Origin: Pavona decussata
Lineage: Eukaryota
Assembly (NCBI GenBank): GCA_977016875.1
Contig: CDRNST010000294.1
Location: 1,674,001-1,738,000, forward strand
Reading direction: 5' to 3'
Length of the DNA: 64,000 nucleotides
The position numbers and the translations under genes were made by a program. Within the stretch, counting starts at the first letter, position 1; every line of letters starts with the position of its first letter. Positions 25,490 to 38,777 of this stretch are shown piece after piece. The notes under the pieces were generated by a model. It was not told where the DNA came from. It saw only the letters and a program-made list of their open reading frames with translations, and did not search any database.

Positions 25490-26067
25490 AGCACCACTTA
25501 TTGTGGTGTGATAAAGAAATCTCGAAACTCCAATGTGTTAAGTTCAGAACTCAGCTCCTTGACTGGTTACAAAAACAAGGAGAGTGGATCACATCACGCC
25601 AATTCTCCGTAAACTTCACTGGCTGCCCGTGCGCAAGCGTTCTATTTTAAGATTTTGCTCATTACTAATAAAGTTTTAAATGGTTAACCACCCAGTTACT
25701 TGGCGGAACTTATTAATCTTCATTAACCGGTAAGGCGTCTTCGTTCTAACTCTAATCACCACCTGCGACTGCACAGACCAAAGTTCAGGACTAAGAATTA
25801 TGGGGTCACGATTTTACATCTTCTGTACCAGCGCTATGGAACACTCTCCTTCTTGATGCGCGGAGCCCCCCATTTGTTAAGACTTTTAAAGTTAGGCTCA
25901 AGACGTTTTCATTTTTAAAATTATAAACTTTAGTATCTTGTCATTCTATATATGTCATTAATTTATTTTATCTACTTTTATCAAATTTGCTTTTATTGAT
26001 ATTACATTTCTTAAATTGTTGTACATTGTAAGAGCATTGAGATTTTTACGTAATCCGCCAGAAGTAA

Positions 26068-26098
<31 letters not shown>

Positions 26099-26101
26099 AT
26101 T
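25490..26101 (+). mobile_element. 3' fragment of an L2-type LINE with (ATT)n tail
   Basis: Off-track frame reads VQNSA..LVTKTRRVDHITPILRKLHWLPVRKR..PSYLAELI..LWN; poly(att) at ~26068-26101. Confidence 0.8.
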
Positions 26102-26860
26102 GACAGTCTTTGATCTCAGTTGACATGAAATTGTGTCAGTGGTACATCTAAATTTTTTCTTGCTCAGCTTCCGGGGAGTGCTCCCTTTTTTGGACCAAAA
26201 CTGATAACCTTTTTAGTAAAAAAAAAGCAAAATTCCAACAACTTCTGTCACTTCTCACAACACTTAGAATTTGATGCAAGGCTAAACGCTATCCTTCGCT
26301 GTCAAGTCTCGGCGTCTTCGTTATACTATTTCCGCATAATTTTTCAAGTAGTAAAAATTTTCGCAGCTTGTAAAAGTAAAGATATTATAGTATAAGGAAG
26401 CCTTGTACTTGTCAACCAATGGTATAATTTAACCTTGCATCACATTTGAAGTGTTACCCAGAAGTTACCAAAGCAACTCAACCCGATGTAAGTCGAAAAA
26501 TGCTCTTTTAAACAGGCGTAATATGTAATAGTATAATAGTCTAGTGATGAGTTATGAGAAGTAACCGAAGTTGTCAACCACTCAGGGAGGCCCTGAAAAC
26601 TGAGTAAGAAAGCATTCAGGTCTTAAAAAAAGGTGTTTTTAAAGTAACTGGACAGGAAAAAGTGCAATTCGCACACTTTGTGACAGATTTTGGTTTCTGA
26701 GGATCTTAGGGAGACAGACCCTTAATTCTTGAAGACCACGTATTGGCATTGTACGGATATAATTACTGGATATAGTTGGACTACTCCAGTGCAATAATGG
26801 GAGACATTATATAGCACCAGAAATGTGTCACTAATCACAAACTATTTTTTTTTTACAGAT

Positions 26861-29034
26861 ATGGAAATCCCTGCATATATATCGCCATCACTTTGCATTG
26901 GTCGAACATTTGACGCCGAGAGGGGTCGAGTCGGCAGCGATATTTTTCCTTCCAGTGTTCCGACCAAGGCAGTAGATTTCAATAAGTATACTTTCAAATA
27001 CAAAGTTATAAAAACGAATAACGATGTCAGAGATCTGCTGGATGTGTCTCGTGAATTGTCACTCTTAGTGAAAGCTAATGTCATCACAGTATCAGGCACA
27101 GGACAGTACATAAATGAAAGAAGAGTTCTGGAAGGAAATACAGAGGTTCTAGCTGTAATAAAATGTGGCACGGTAAGTACGATGAAGGAGCTTTTGAAAC
27201 TGTCTGTAGCCATTGTACACTCTCTTAGGGTAGACAAACAAGGAAAGAGCCACAAGAAATAATGCCTTGGTGATTATCAATTGCGGCCTGCCTTGTCCAC
27301 TCAGTAAAAGAATTCACCCACCAAATAAAAACGTCGAAACCATCTTTTGCAGCATTGTAAACAGTACCACAGAAATGTATTAAAAATTTGCCCTGGTAAA
27401 ACAAACTAGTAAAAGCCATTTTATAAAATAAGGAAGTAATATAGCCTAATTAAAAGATTTCATGTGCAGAATTAAAATTCAGTAAAAGGACGTCCCAAAA
27501 TCATGCACGTGTTTTCGCACAAATTAAGAAAATGAATTGGTCGGAGGCAAATCCTTTCTCATTGATATATATCAAGCGTCTAAATTTTGCCCGAAAGGGG
27601 TTCAATTTCACTATTTTGAAAGTTTCCACCAGTGGATACGTGATGTAGTTTGTAGAGTATTACAATAACGCGATGCCAGTCAAAGGTTGCTTTGAATCGC
27701 AATGAAACCTCGATTTTTTAATCCTTACAACTGAAACACCAGTCTGATTTCTGATGTAAATGATTGACCAATTTATCAAAAACATTTTTATTTTAATCCT
27801 AGGTGCACGAGACAGTGGACGAGCTGGTTAAACCTAATGAGGACATTATAGGCAGCCAACTGGTTAATATGGGCACCCATTTCACTACAGGGGTGACGTA
27901 TGGAGCCGAGATTGTCGCAAGCTTCCAATTTAAACCATCCACTACATCGAGCAAGTACGTACGATCAGAAATATGTGCGTAATATATTATGGTACCGACC
28001 AGTTGAGATAATAAGCTATAGCTCATGATACAGCGATAATTAAACGACCAAACTTGAATGTCTTACCAGCCTTATAAATATATAAAATTTAAACTATGTA
28101 CATCAGTAGTCAATTCACATTTATCAATAAAAAGGTTCATGTTGAAGGCAACTATCTCAGTAGCTTGTACTTATCATTTCTTGTTTTCAACTTTAAAATC
28201 ATTGTAAAATTACGTGTTCTTCTTTAAGCATTAGATAATTACTGTGAAAGACTTAATTAAGCATTAGACAATTATTGGGAAATACCTAATGTTTAAATTA
28301 CTATGTAAAACTTAGTCTTAATAGTTTGTACTTGTCATTTTCTTGTGTTTGTCTTGCTCCGCCTCGACTAGCTGTAGCTTTTTGCGGGCCAGTGAGGCAC
28401 TACTCATGTTTTTTTTTTTTTTTTTTCAAAATAAACATTGATTGATGATTTTGTTCTGTAAACTGTTTATTGTTAACTGCTCGATGCGAAGAGTCAAAAC
28501 ACTGCTATTAAAATGAAACGTTGAAGTTTCCTTTCTCGGATTCTCGGCCATCTTTCTACTCCGAAGCTGACTGAATACGCTTCAATTTAAATAATTTTAA
28601 ATGCCCGCATTTATATCCTATAGATTGTAACAACCGTAGGGCTAGTTGATACTTAATCCTCACAATAGAAGTTGCAAAATACCGATCACCAAAAAGACAA
28701 AGAGACAAGGGAACTTGTACTTGAGTGATTCGGTACTATTGTGTAATTGTGTAACGGCCACGACTACCATTTATTTTCTCATGTATCGTTTAGGCAGGGT
28801 GTGAAAGGAAGCGCTGAAGGCCAGCTAAATTTCCAAGGACACAATACAGCTCTGAAGGTTCAGTTGGAGAAGCTCTTCACTGCGTTAGCTGATTTACCGG
28901 ATCTTTCTGTCCGATATTACGACGCAACCTTTACAGGCAACCATCCGACAAGCATCCAAGACACGAAAAGGTTGATTGAAGAGTTCCCTTTGAGACTTAA
29001 GGGTATCAACAATGGCCAAGGGATTCCAATACGG
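26861..29034 (+). CDS. Gene B exons 1-3: SNTX-type MACPF/CDC-like domain
   Basis: MEIPAYISPSLCIGRTFDAE..LLDVSRELSL..VSGTGQYINE; GTHFTTGVTYGAEIVA; HPTSI..EEFP..GIPIR. Exon 1 is ~62% identical to gene A by hand count. Confidence 0.7.
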
Positions 29035-32000
29035 GTAAAGCACAAGAGACTGTCTCTTTCTAATAAATCAGAATATTTTTATGATCAATTATGGCGATGT
29101 AACAGACATCGCAACGGATAAGTGAGACGCAAACCAGTTATAACGTCAATGTTGTCCAAATGATTACGCCAAAAATATTTATTCCTCCGTATGGGTTTAA
29201 AGATCATTGAGTTTTTGCGAACTCTAGTTTGTCTGCTTCAATCCATTCCGTTTGAAAACTGTGGTTAGCAGTTAGCAATAAAGGAAAACTTTTACCTTGT
29301 TCAAGGCAGTGCCTCCCAACACATAGGCATTGTCGGGCAATTTGTAACTATGCAGGAAAAGGATATCTTAGTAAGGGCTATAAGAATTAAAAAATTGTGG
29401 TTTTTGGATTCTATCAATATTTTTTAAAACCATACTCAAAAGACGCGCAATTTACTGGGCACCCGTTTCTCCGACCATCCCGAGATGCATAGAACGTATG
29501 CACATTAGAATGAAGCTTCTACATTTTCCCATTCCTTTTGCATAACTTACCTATTTTCGTTTTTCACTTTTTAAACAGTTTGATCTACAAATAATTCCGG
29601 AAATTGCTTCAGGAACAGGCTTAAACACAATGCTTTTGGATGACCTTGAAAGTCGCCTGGATGACCTCCTGATCTGCCAATCTCTCGTGAAGGAATATGC
29701 TGAGCACCAAGACACCTTAACTGATGACATCTCCAGTTTCAGCTCCCAAGTTAACAAGGTCTTTCGGAAATTTCGAGCGGCAGCTGCTGGTATGAAAAGC
29801 AGTGAAGGAGACAGACACATCGGATCCTGTTTGGAAGCCTATGAGAAGGCGCTTGGTGGATCAAATGATGTTGGAAAATTCTACCGGCAATGGAAAAGAA
29901 TTTCTACTATCAATGTAAGTTGGAAAATCTTTTTAAAAATTTAACTGTTGGGACCAATAGTTATAACTACCAATTTTGAGTCACTTGCATATGGATTGCT
30001 ACGTTTCGTGGTGATGATACCTAAATTAGCAAATGTAAGATGTTAGTAATTTTGCGAAAGCGATCCAACAACAACCTTCATTAATGAGATCGAATATTGA
30101 CTACGTTCAATGTAAAATCTAAAGGTTAAATATTAATCATCTCGTCGTTAAATGTGATTGAAGTGGAATTTTCAGTCTGTCAACTTTATTGAATACATCC
30201 CTAATGCAAGTATCAAGAAGCCCTACCATAAACGTGATGGCTGTTCTTTCTCTACAGACCAGTACTAGTACCCCAAAGCCAACTGCGACTGTGGAGGTAA
30301 GTAGTAATTTAGACCAAAAAATAGTTCTCCTGAATAATTCCTTGCGGCAAAAACAGTGCAATTTCTTATTACACGGCCGAGCTTTGAGGAGAATTTGTCC
30401 AGCGGCTATTGTGACGTCTACCTGGGAACAGAAGATCTTTCGCATTCACACACGTTAAATGATTTTGGTAGTTTGGGAAAGCCTACATAACTCTTACCAA
30501 GATTTCTAACGCTTAGTCATCAGGCTTTTTAGTTCGACCAGTTTAGCTTCTTTGATAACACTTATAAAAAAGGTCCGATCGATGGTCCAAACAAAACATG
30601 ACAAATAAAAAGAATGACTGAGACGCTATCGTTCTCGGTTGATGGGTAGACTTCATCAAGCCCGCTCGAACCAGGCTCCCTGCACTCGAACGGGTAAGAC
30701 TTTAGCCACCGAATCCCAATCCAAAATTTTTACAATAACAAACCGATCCATTGAGCTGAAAAAATTTGGGGGGCCAGATGCAGTTTAAGTACTGGTAGGA
30801 AACCATTTGAAGCTCAATTATGGTCGGCCGATTTGGATCAGCCGAGCGGTTTTTAACGACTGTTTAGCTCCCTACTGAAGACCAACTCTAGGTAAATCAC
30901 CGATCGTCACATGAGCCGAAACTAATGCATGAACTACGCTAATGTATTTCTAAATATAACAGTAGGGATTAATCGTTGGCTGCATGAAAACTACAGTGTA
31001 CCTGGATCAATTTGATTTCTAGAAATGGAAAGAGCATTTTCAATTAGCAAGACACACCAACAAACTGTGAGCAAGAGATTTTTATCATTATGTTGAAAGT
31101 TATGTTGAAAATTAGAAAATTTACTAGGATGCGTATGGGTGAACAAATAAAATTAACTGAGGAAACCTTAGTAGAGATTTGACTAATGAACGTGCAAGCT
31201 GTATTTTACTGAAAATTTAACAAAGTACATTTCAATTTTAATTTTTTTTAAATAATTTTCTTGCACTCTTGTAATCCTCAAGAAGCAAATCACGGAGGCC
31301 GTAATGGGGCAATACTAAAGCCACCAAATAAGGTTATTTAAAATACCAAATAATAGGTAGCATTGGGAGAAAAGCTGCGAACATTAATAAGTCGTTATGC
31401 ATTATGCAGGACTATAAAAATTTCTTATTTATTGACATCCTTTTCAATATTTCATTATCTTAGCTCCCTGAAGGAAAGCGTCTCACGGTGGTTTTGTTTG
31501 GAAAAACGGGGAACGGAAAGAGCGCCACAGGAAACACGATACTCGGGGAGAAAGTTTTTGAAGTAAGTTCAAGTGCATCCTCTGTAACAGCACAGTGTCA
31601 GTATGGCAGTAGGACGGATGGACGGCAGATTGACGTCATTGACACTCCTGGCGTGTTGGATACCGCAGCAACATCAGCCACGAAGACTTTCCACCTCACA
31701 AGATATGCTGAACATCAAAAGAACATTCTGAAAGAGAGTTTAAAGATATTTGCAATGGCACCATTCGGGTTGGACGCCATTATCCTTGTGGTCAAGTACG
31801 GTTGCAGATTCACTACGGAGGACGCTCAAGCGTTAAAGATGCTGGAAGCACTTTTGGAAGGGGACGCAAAGGGCCACATGATTCTACTCCTCACACATGG
31901 TGACCAAGCTGAATACGAAGCAGAAGAAGAGGAGATGTCAAGTGACCAGCGTGTACACCAGTGGCTGAAGACGCTTCCTTCGTGGGTTCAGTCGTTTATA

Positions 32001-34199
32001 GAGGAAATAGGAAACCGAGTTGTATTGATCAACAATACACACAAACCACAAAAGGACCAAGAGGCCTACGGGAAACAGCTCCTCAAGCTAATTCAGGTCA
32101 GAAAATGATAATATCAAGCCATAGCAGCAAAATAAAAAGCATAATATCATTGATGGCTAATTTCTCCTCGTCAAATTAATTTAAAAAAACTGCTATGGCA
32201 ACGTTCTCGATACAATAAACAAGTAAAAATGTCACGATGGCGAGAGGAATTTGTCACCCATGATATTAAAAGGTAATCAAATGGTATACTCGCGAAATTA
32301 GAAAACAAATTCACTTGCATTTTGTCAAAAACGCGCGTGAAATTATTTCCTTTTTTCACTTGTCACCATATGAATTGTTGTCAAGCCTCACGAGTGTGAG
32401 AGTAAGTTGTCACCAATGATATTAAGAGGGTAATCAAATGCTATACTCGTGAAATTAGAAAATAATTTCACTTGTGTTTTGTCAAACTTCTAATTATTAG
32501 AATTTTGACAAGACTCAAGTGAAATTATTTCATTATTTCACTCGTCACCATCTGATTACCATTGCGATTGGAATGAGCTGATGGTATCAATAACCACAGC
32601 ACTAAGTAGGAGTATTGTCAATTTGTAACAAATTTCATCAAATTGTAACATCACTAAGTAGGAGTATTGTCAATTTGTAGCAAAATGTTGGTCTGCAACA
32701 GCAACAGAAGTAGTAGTAACCTTTCAACTTTGATCAGGCAACAGTTTCTGCTTAATTACTAATGCATTGACCTTAGGTCGACCTTTTATGTAACAGCACT
32801 GCAATGACGAAGCATTTTAAATCTATAACCAAATTTGGTTTCTCGTAAGGCTTCCTTACTACTTTCTCTGTCAATTTTTTTCCTTCGCTCGTATTTTGTT
32901 TTGGTAACGTGTGTGGTGAAACAGGTTATATTTTATTTTTTTCTTCCATTTTCCTTTTTTTTTTTTTGTTTATCTAGATAAAGTGCTTCCCCGTGAAAGA
33001 TAAACCATTTTGCAATGACGCACCTAAGGACAAATTCAAACAACCATATTTGGGAGGAGGGGGGTAAGAGCGAGATGCTCTTGTAATCAGTTGTAAGATC
33101 TAAGGGGAACTTCGATACAGTGATGAAGTATCAGTGTCAACATAATTACCCTTCTCACATAAAAGGCGCCAGGATTATATTCAAAATAAGGAAACATCTT
33201 GTGGTGAAGTCTTAAATTCTCTATTTGCAGGTAATCGATGACATGGGGAAAGGCAAGACTCCCTTTATAAACAGATTCACGCTAGCATCCAAAGAACTAG
33301 TGGAGGAGCGAATTTCAGGGGCCATGAAGGCCAGTGGGATAGGAGAGGAGGATGAGCGACTGGAGAGGGAGAGGGCAGAGCTCGAAATAAGAATGAAGAA
33401 CATAGCTGAATTCGAAAAAAGGAAAGAAGTTGAACGTCAGTTAGCTGAGAATAAAAGGAAATCACTTGCTACACAGCAACAACGACACGCATTGGTAACC
33501 AGATCGGTTCACACCCAGGCAAAAATGTCCAAAGAAGGCTCTGGAGGTGACGTGATGTCGAGAATACTAGAAAGAGAGCAAGTTTCCGCTAGTCAACTCG
33601 GCGGCTGTTTTCCTGCATCAGCAACGTTTGCCGACAAACAAGGTCGAAAGAGAAGTATGGATTCCTTAGAGATTGGTGAAGAAGTCCAAGTTCTCAAGGG
33701 AAAGGGGATCAGTGTGGAACCTGTGCTGACTTTTATTCACCGCCAACCAGATATTTTGCAGCAGTATCTGAAAATCACGACCATGAAGAAGAAGAAGATT
33801 CTAAAGATCACTGAAGACCATCTGTTGTTTGTGGAGAAACAAGGCAAACCCTCCGCCATCCCTGCCAGGGACGTCAGCATTGGAGACACAGTCTATGTAA
33901 GAAGAGACCAAGGTGTAGTGGAGACAGATGTAGTTCAAAGCATCCGTTCTGTCTATGAGAAAGGTGTTTACGCCCCAGTGACCCTCAGTGGCACTATTCT
34001 GGTCAATGACGTGCACACCTCGTGCTACTTTGACGTGCTGTCTCATGGGTGGTCCCACAGGGCCATGGGTATCGTCCGAGCCGTGTATCACATGTCCCCT
34101 CGAATGGTGCAGTGGCTAAGCAGTATTGGGCAGGAGGATGGATTCCCAGGCTGGTGTCGGCTGGTTTATAAGGTGCTAAGAAAACTGAACTCGCTTTGA
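26861..34199 (+). CDS. Gene B: paralogous SNTX-like MACPF/CDC + helical + AIG1/GIMAP GTPase + coiled coil + Hog (Hint) fusion protein, ~893 aa, 7 coding exons
   Basis: Exons 26861-27172, 27803-27954, 28794-29034, 29579-29914, 30258-30296, 31464-32096, 33231-34199. All GT..AG, same phases as gene A, total 2682 nt. Exons 1 (312 nt) and 3 (241 nt) are identical in length to gene A. Confidence 0.85.
29579..29914 (+). CDS. Gene B exon 4: helical domain
   Basis: tttaaacag|TTT...AAT|gtaagt; homologous to gene A exon 4. Confidence 0.8.
30258..30296 (+). CDS. Gene B 39-nt micro-exon (TSTSTPKPTATVE)
   Basis: ctttctctacag|ACC...GAG|gtaagt, phase 0-0. Confidence 0.72.
31464..32096 (+). CDS. Gene B exon 6: AIG1/GIMAP-family GTPase domain
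   Basis: GKTGNGKS, SVT, DTPG, GCRFTTED, THGD, INN; donor CAG|gtcaga. Confidence 0.92.
33231..34199 (+). CDS. Gene B exon 7: coiled coil + Hog/Hint domain
   Basis: GG|CFP (Cys codon 33606-33608), TEDHLL, YAPVT..SCY, SRR-like tail. Confidence 0.92.
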   Translation, partial: VIDDMGKGKTPFINRFTLASKELVEERISGAMKASGIGEEDERLERERAELEIRMKNIAEFEKRKEVERQLAENKRKSLATQQQRHALVTRSVHTQAKMSKEGSGGDVMSRILEREQVSASQLGGCFPASATFADKQGRKRSMDSLEIGEEVQVLKGKGISVEPVLTFIHRQPDILQQYLKITTMKKKKILKITEDHLLFVEKQGKPSAIPARDVSIGDTVYVRRDQGVVETDVVQSIRSVYEKGVYAPVTLSGTILVNDVHTSCYFDVLSHGWSHRAMGIVRAVYHMSPRMVQWLSSIGQEDGFPGWCRLVYKVLRKLNSL

Positions 34200-36389
34200 A
34201 CACTGCATAGTGCGAAAACTGTTTTCGCTTCCATTTAGAAAGGCTTATATGTAGATGATGTTTTTCCCCCTTTCCTTATTCAAATAAGAATACTTTTTGA
34301 GTGATATTATCTTCTTATTCAAATTTTAGCAAAACATTTACTAAAGGATTCCAAAGTTTGCAAACATTTAACAAAAGACTGTCGTGATTTGTTGATATTA
34401 TTAGCATCAGTTCCATTCAACCAAAAATGGTTGAGAGTGTTAGGCTGATTGGCCAAATCGACCGCCTAAACATCCAGTGAACAATATAACAGTGGCTAAA
34501 AGCCTTTGGTTTGTCAAACCTTAACACAAGGGAAATGAGCTCCTGTGGTATTCTTTTTCATTGTTGACATGGCTCTGTTCGCAATCAGAAAAAGAGGATA
34601 TGGAGATGAAAGTTTACCCTCATACATTACATAATCCAATGGTCAACTGTCTTAAGCCATCTTTCGATCAACCAACATGAATTAGTAAATTTTTTCATTA
34701 AAATATAACCTTTAAAATCAGTCGAGTTTGACCTCGTAACAAAAGTTGCGTAAATATTTTGAAAGGTGTTCGTCGTCGTAGTTTGAAGTGAAAGCTGAGT
34801 TTAATGGTTTCTCTCACGATTGACCCCGCGATTGAGTGATATAGATGTGGATCGCGATGTTTTGACTGCTATACTGCGGTCTTCATCAGGCAATGGTGTC
34901 GACTGATTGCGTAACAGTATAAATAGCACCTTGGTTTGTGTTGATGATACGTTTTGATCCTCTCTTAGGCTATTGTTGATTGGAGAATTTCAATCCTTGT
35001 CGTTCACGCTAGAAATTGTTTTCTCGGCGGTCCGCCTTGGTACCGATCAGCTGGTACCCTCTATCCAGCCCTAAAAAATGACAATGAGATTCAAACCTCA
35101 CTTTTCTTGTTTTTCTAGCCAAGAGGACTCTTGCTAGCTGAGTATTTCTGTGTCAACTCAAGGTTTAAAGCCAATAAAATTTTGTGGGTAATGAGATGGA
35201 TGGTGTCTTCGATAACCCCCACCCTACCCCCAGGCAGAGGTGGGTCCTATCAGAACAGACTTATTATGACCAGTTCCCTAAGAGAGCTTATCTCAACATT
35301 GTCTCAAGTGGCCCATCTGTTCACCGTGTCAACTACCATTTCCAGAGCACGCACTTGTAATACTTGAGACTATGAAACCTTATGACATTTTTAGCCACAT
35401 CCCACAAGAATTACTTTGTCATGTTTGTCACTTTAACAAGCCTGTTTCACACGTGCCACATAAATGCAAACGCAAGCGAAAAAGTAACTGCAAGTGCAAC
35501 GGGAAATTTCACCATTAGGAAACAATAGCTACAGTGTGAAGGAATTAAATAACGAGGGATCAGCGTTTGTTCAGATACAAAATAGCATGAATTGAGATGA
35601 AATCGCCAGGATTGTATTCTTGGTTTTTTTGTGACCTGTCTTTGTGGGTCATGCTGCAGACGCGGACACATACTTCATTTTACCCGTTTATATATTTCGG
35701 CTTTATTTCATTTCATTTTATTCATTCATTCCCTCATTTATTTATTAAGTTATTTTTTTTTTCTTTGTAATGTACCCATCAAATTTCAACATCAATGATT
35801 TCGGCTTTGAAATTTCCTTTCTCTTCCAAAGGCCGTAAAAGATGCAGCAACTTTTTGGATTTTTTTGGCGGGAAATATAAGGGATCGACTCGCAAAAAAT
35901 GGCTTTGGCTTGCACAAACATGACAAAGGAGGCTCGGAAGTAGCAATTAACAAATTTTTCCCGATGCGTGAATTCTCAGTTTAAAACAGTCTTCTTTTGG
36001 AAAGGTAATACACTGCAAATACATAGACAAATGACTTGTTTAGCATCCAAAACAACAAAAATACGCATTATGCTGGTGGTGCTTTTTTTACAGAAAAAAA
36101 TATCCTCGTAATGGGAACTTATGCCAAAAATTGTGCTAATCTACCCGTCCGCCACAAAACAAATTGTCGAAAAAATGCTATTTTTAAATGTTGTTTACAT
36201 ACAACTAGTCTTGCTCGGTTAGTCAGATACGAACATGTTCGGGGACTGGTACTTTTTCCGCAAACAAAGTTTGTAGTACGAGAAATCTGTGCGGAATAGG
36301 GTTCCTTTGGTACATCAAATAAAAAAAAGAATGAATTAATAAATAATAACAAATAACAACTAATAATAATAATAATAATAATAATAATA

Positions 36390-37131
36390 GACACAACGCA
36401 GCATTGAAAGTCCTCTTCTTCGAGATGACGAGGGGTCTGAGGCTAATTGATTCAGTCCCTTCCTAGTACTCGTGTGCAGTGCCCAAACCAGTCTATGAGT
36501 CATCTGAGGCATTAGCGTTTTGGGATGTTCCAGTTTATGTGGAACACACCATCTTCAAGGCTAACAGAGTGGACGCTCGATTTGTGGACCATAAGAATAA
36601 GAAGGTGTGGGCTGTGGAGATGCCCTGTCCGTGGATGGAGTATCGGGAAAAGAAGTCCGAGGAGAAGACGGTCAAGTACGGGCCACTGCGATTCGAGCTG
36701 AACAAGCAGTACCCTCGCTATGACGTTGAACAATGTAACATCATCATTGACGTGCTGAGGGGGGGGGGGGGGGGTGGTCAAAGGATGTAGACCTGACAAT
36801 GAAGAAGCTCTTTGGCAGGAGGGGTTATGACGTATTGAGAAGGATGTAGAAGGCTACCATCTCGAGTTCTCTCAACATAGTGAGAACTTTCAAAGCTACC
36901 GTCAATTGACTTTCCTTAAGGGAATAGCATAGGAGCTCAACATAGCTTTAGTATTAGAGAGCTTTAGATTGTCTATAAGATTTTTCTATTCTATCGCTAA
37001 TTTTTTTTAGTCAGCAATTTCCTTTTTATAGTTCCTTCAGATCGCATAGGTTACGCTGCGCGCAATATGTGGTTCTATTTTAGCATCCATACGTTTATCA
37101 ACTGCACATAACAATAATGATAATAATAATA

Positions 37132-37189
<58 letters not shown>

Positions 37190-37190
37190 T
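36390..37190 (+). mobile_element. 5'-truncated RLE-type non-LTR retrotransposon (R4/Dong-like) within (TAA)n
   Basis: FWDVPVY..ANRVD..AVEMPCPW..EKKSEEKTVKY..IIIDVLxG is a restriction-like endonuclease C-terminus; (TAA)n on both sides. Confidence 0.75.
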
Positions 37191-37278
37191 TAAGTTTCGC
37201 TTGGCTCACAGGTTACGCTACGCGCCCTGTGGTGCTTCTTATACTGTGCATACAGATAGTTTTACTTGGCATAATAAC

Positions 37279-37320
<42 letters not shown>

Positions 37321-38777
37321 TATAATAATAATAATAAAAATAAAGAGTGGTAATGAATAAGCATGTTTGTTCAAGTCCTTCGTCTATCCCCTCTAAGTTC
37401 GGTTTACACGAAGGGACTAGTCCCGAGGGCCTTCTCTGAACTACCCATTTTCATAAAACAACAAAAACAAAACATACAGTCGACCAACATTTGGTCCCTG
37501 CCACTACGACTTCAATCAAGTTTGAATTCGGAGGACAAGTCCCTGGGATTTGTCTCTACGTGTAAACTGTTAATGGGATAAGTCCCTGCGACCAAATAAA
37601 AATTTAAACAATGGCTGATCAGCATTATAAGTTCCAGCCAAATTTTCCTGCTAGAGAGAATGCGTAGCCGACAAATCCTATTTCAAAATTTAATCGGATC
37701 TTTTACTTTTTTTTTCAGTTGACCTGGAAATTAAATCTTGTATTTGTCTGTATAAAAGGTCTTGGCCGAGTATTGGCTTTTCATTGGTTCTATATCAGCA
37801 ATATACGACTCTGGAAACAAAGACTTGGTAGTATAGATGAACAATGTGGGCTTTTTATTGAGCTTATTTTCTTTCGCAATGTTTGGCGGTTAATTCAGTA
37901 AATTCGGTTTCATTGTTTAGGACCGCAAATTCTTCGTACTTCACAAAAAGAGGCCCGCAAATTGCAAAATAGGCTCGGACTTTGGCTACACCTAGAGAAG
38001 TTCGGCTAGAGGGAGGGAAGGGATATAGGATATTTTCCGCCTCAGTCGAATTTCTGGGGAAATGGGACAAAGTCATGAGGCTATCCATTAAACTGTAATT
38101 TTTACCGGGAGGAGGGGGGGGGGGGGGGGTGAGGGGGCGGGAGGGTTGGGGCCGGGGCGTCGGGAATACCAATTTAATCCTGAACTCGTCCACTTTGCCT
38201 TCATATAACAAAACATGTTCATTCCAAAAAATAGAAAAATAGAAAACATCGTTAATCTGGTTTATCGAAAAATTTAGTGGGGGTTTAAAATTTGAATGAA
38301 GGAGTGAATGAAGATTGATTAGCTATTTTTGATATTGAACAACGTTTGTCAGCAGACACAAGTAATATATAGGGAAGAGTATAGCCCGTAGCCAATGAGA
38401 GAGCCGGATTGGGGTCACATGATCAAAATGCACCAATCAGGAGCAAGCATGATGACATCAAAAGTCACGTATTGCATTCCTAAGTATGATGTAATGGTGT
38501 TAGTATGCAAATGAGGTGCATAAAAAAGTTTTAGCCCGTAACCAATCAGAAAGCGGGGTCAAAGGTCAACAAAGACAACACGTGATGTACAAATGAACAA
38601 AACAAATTTTAATGACAAACAGTTCACTATTTACATAAGATGGAGAAGGTGCAAGTTCAGTTCAAGTTCAGTTCACTATTTACACGGCAAATCCTTCACT
38701 GTTGGCGATGTTGATGTTTTTGACAGTCCATTTGCATTCTAGTCTGATGTCTTCATCGATTTTCCAGTTTTCTTTGA

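Noticed and set aside
34199-38000. Functional link between the GTPase-Hog pair and the Polinton
   Set aside because: Proximity only; the host genes are intron-rich and lie outside the element.
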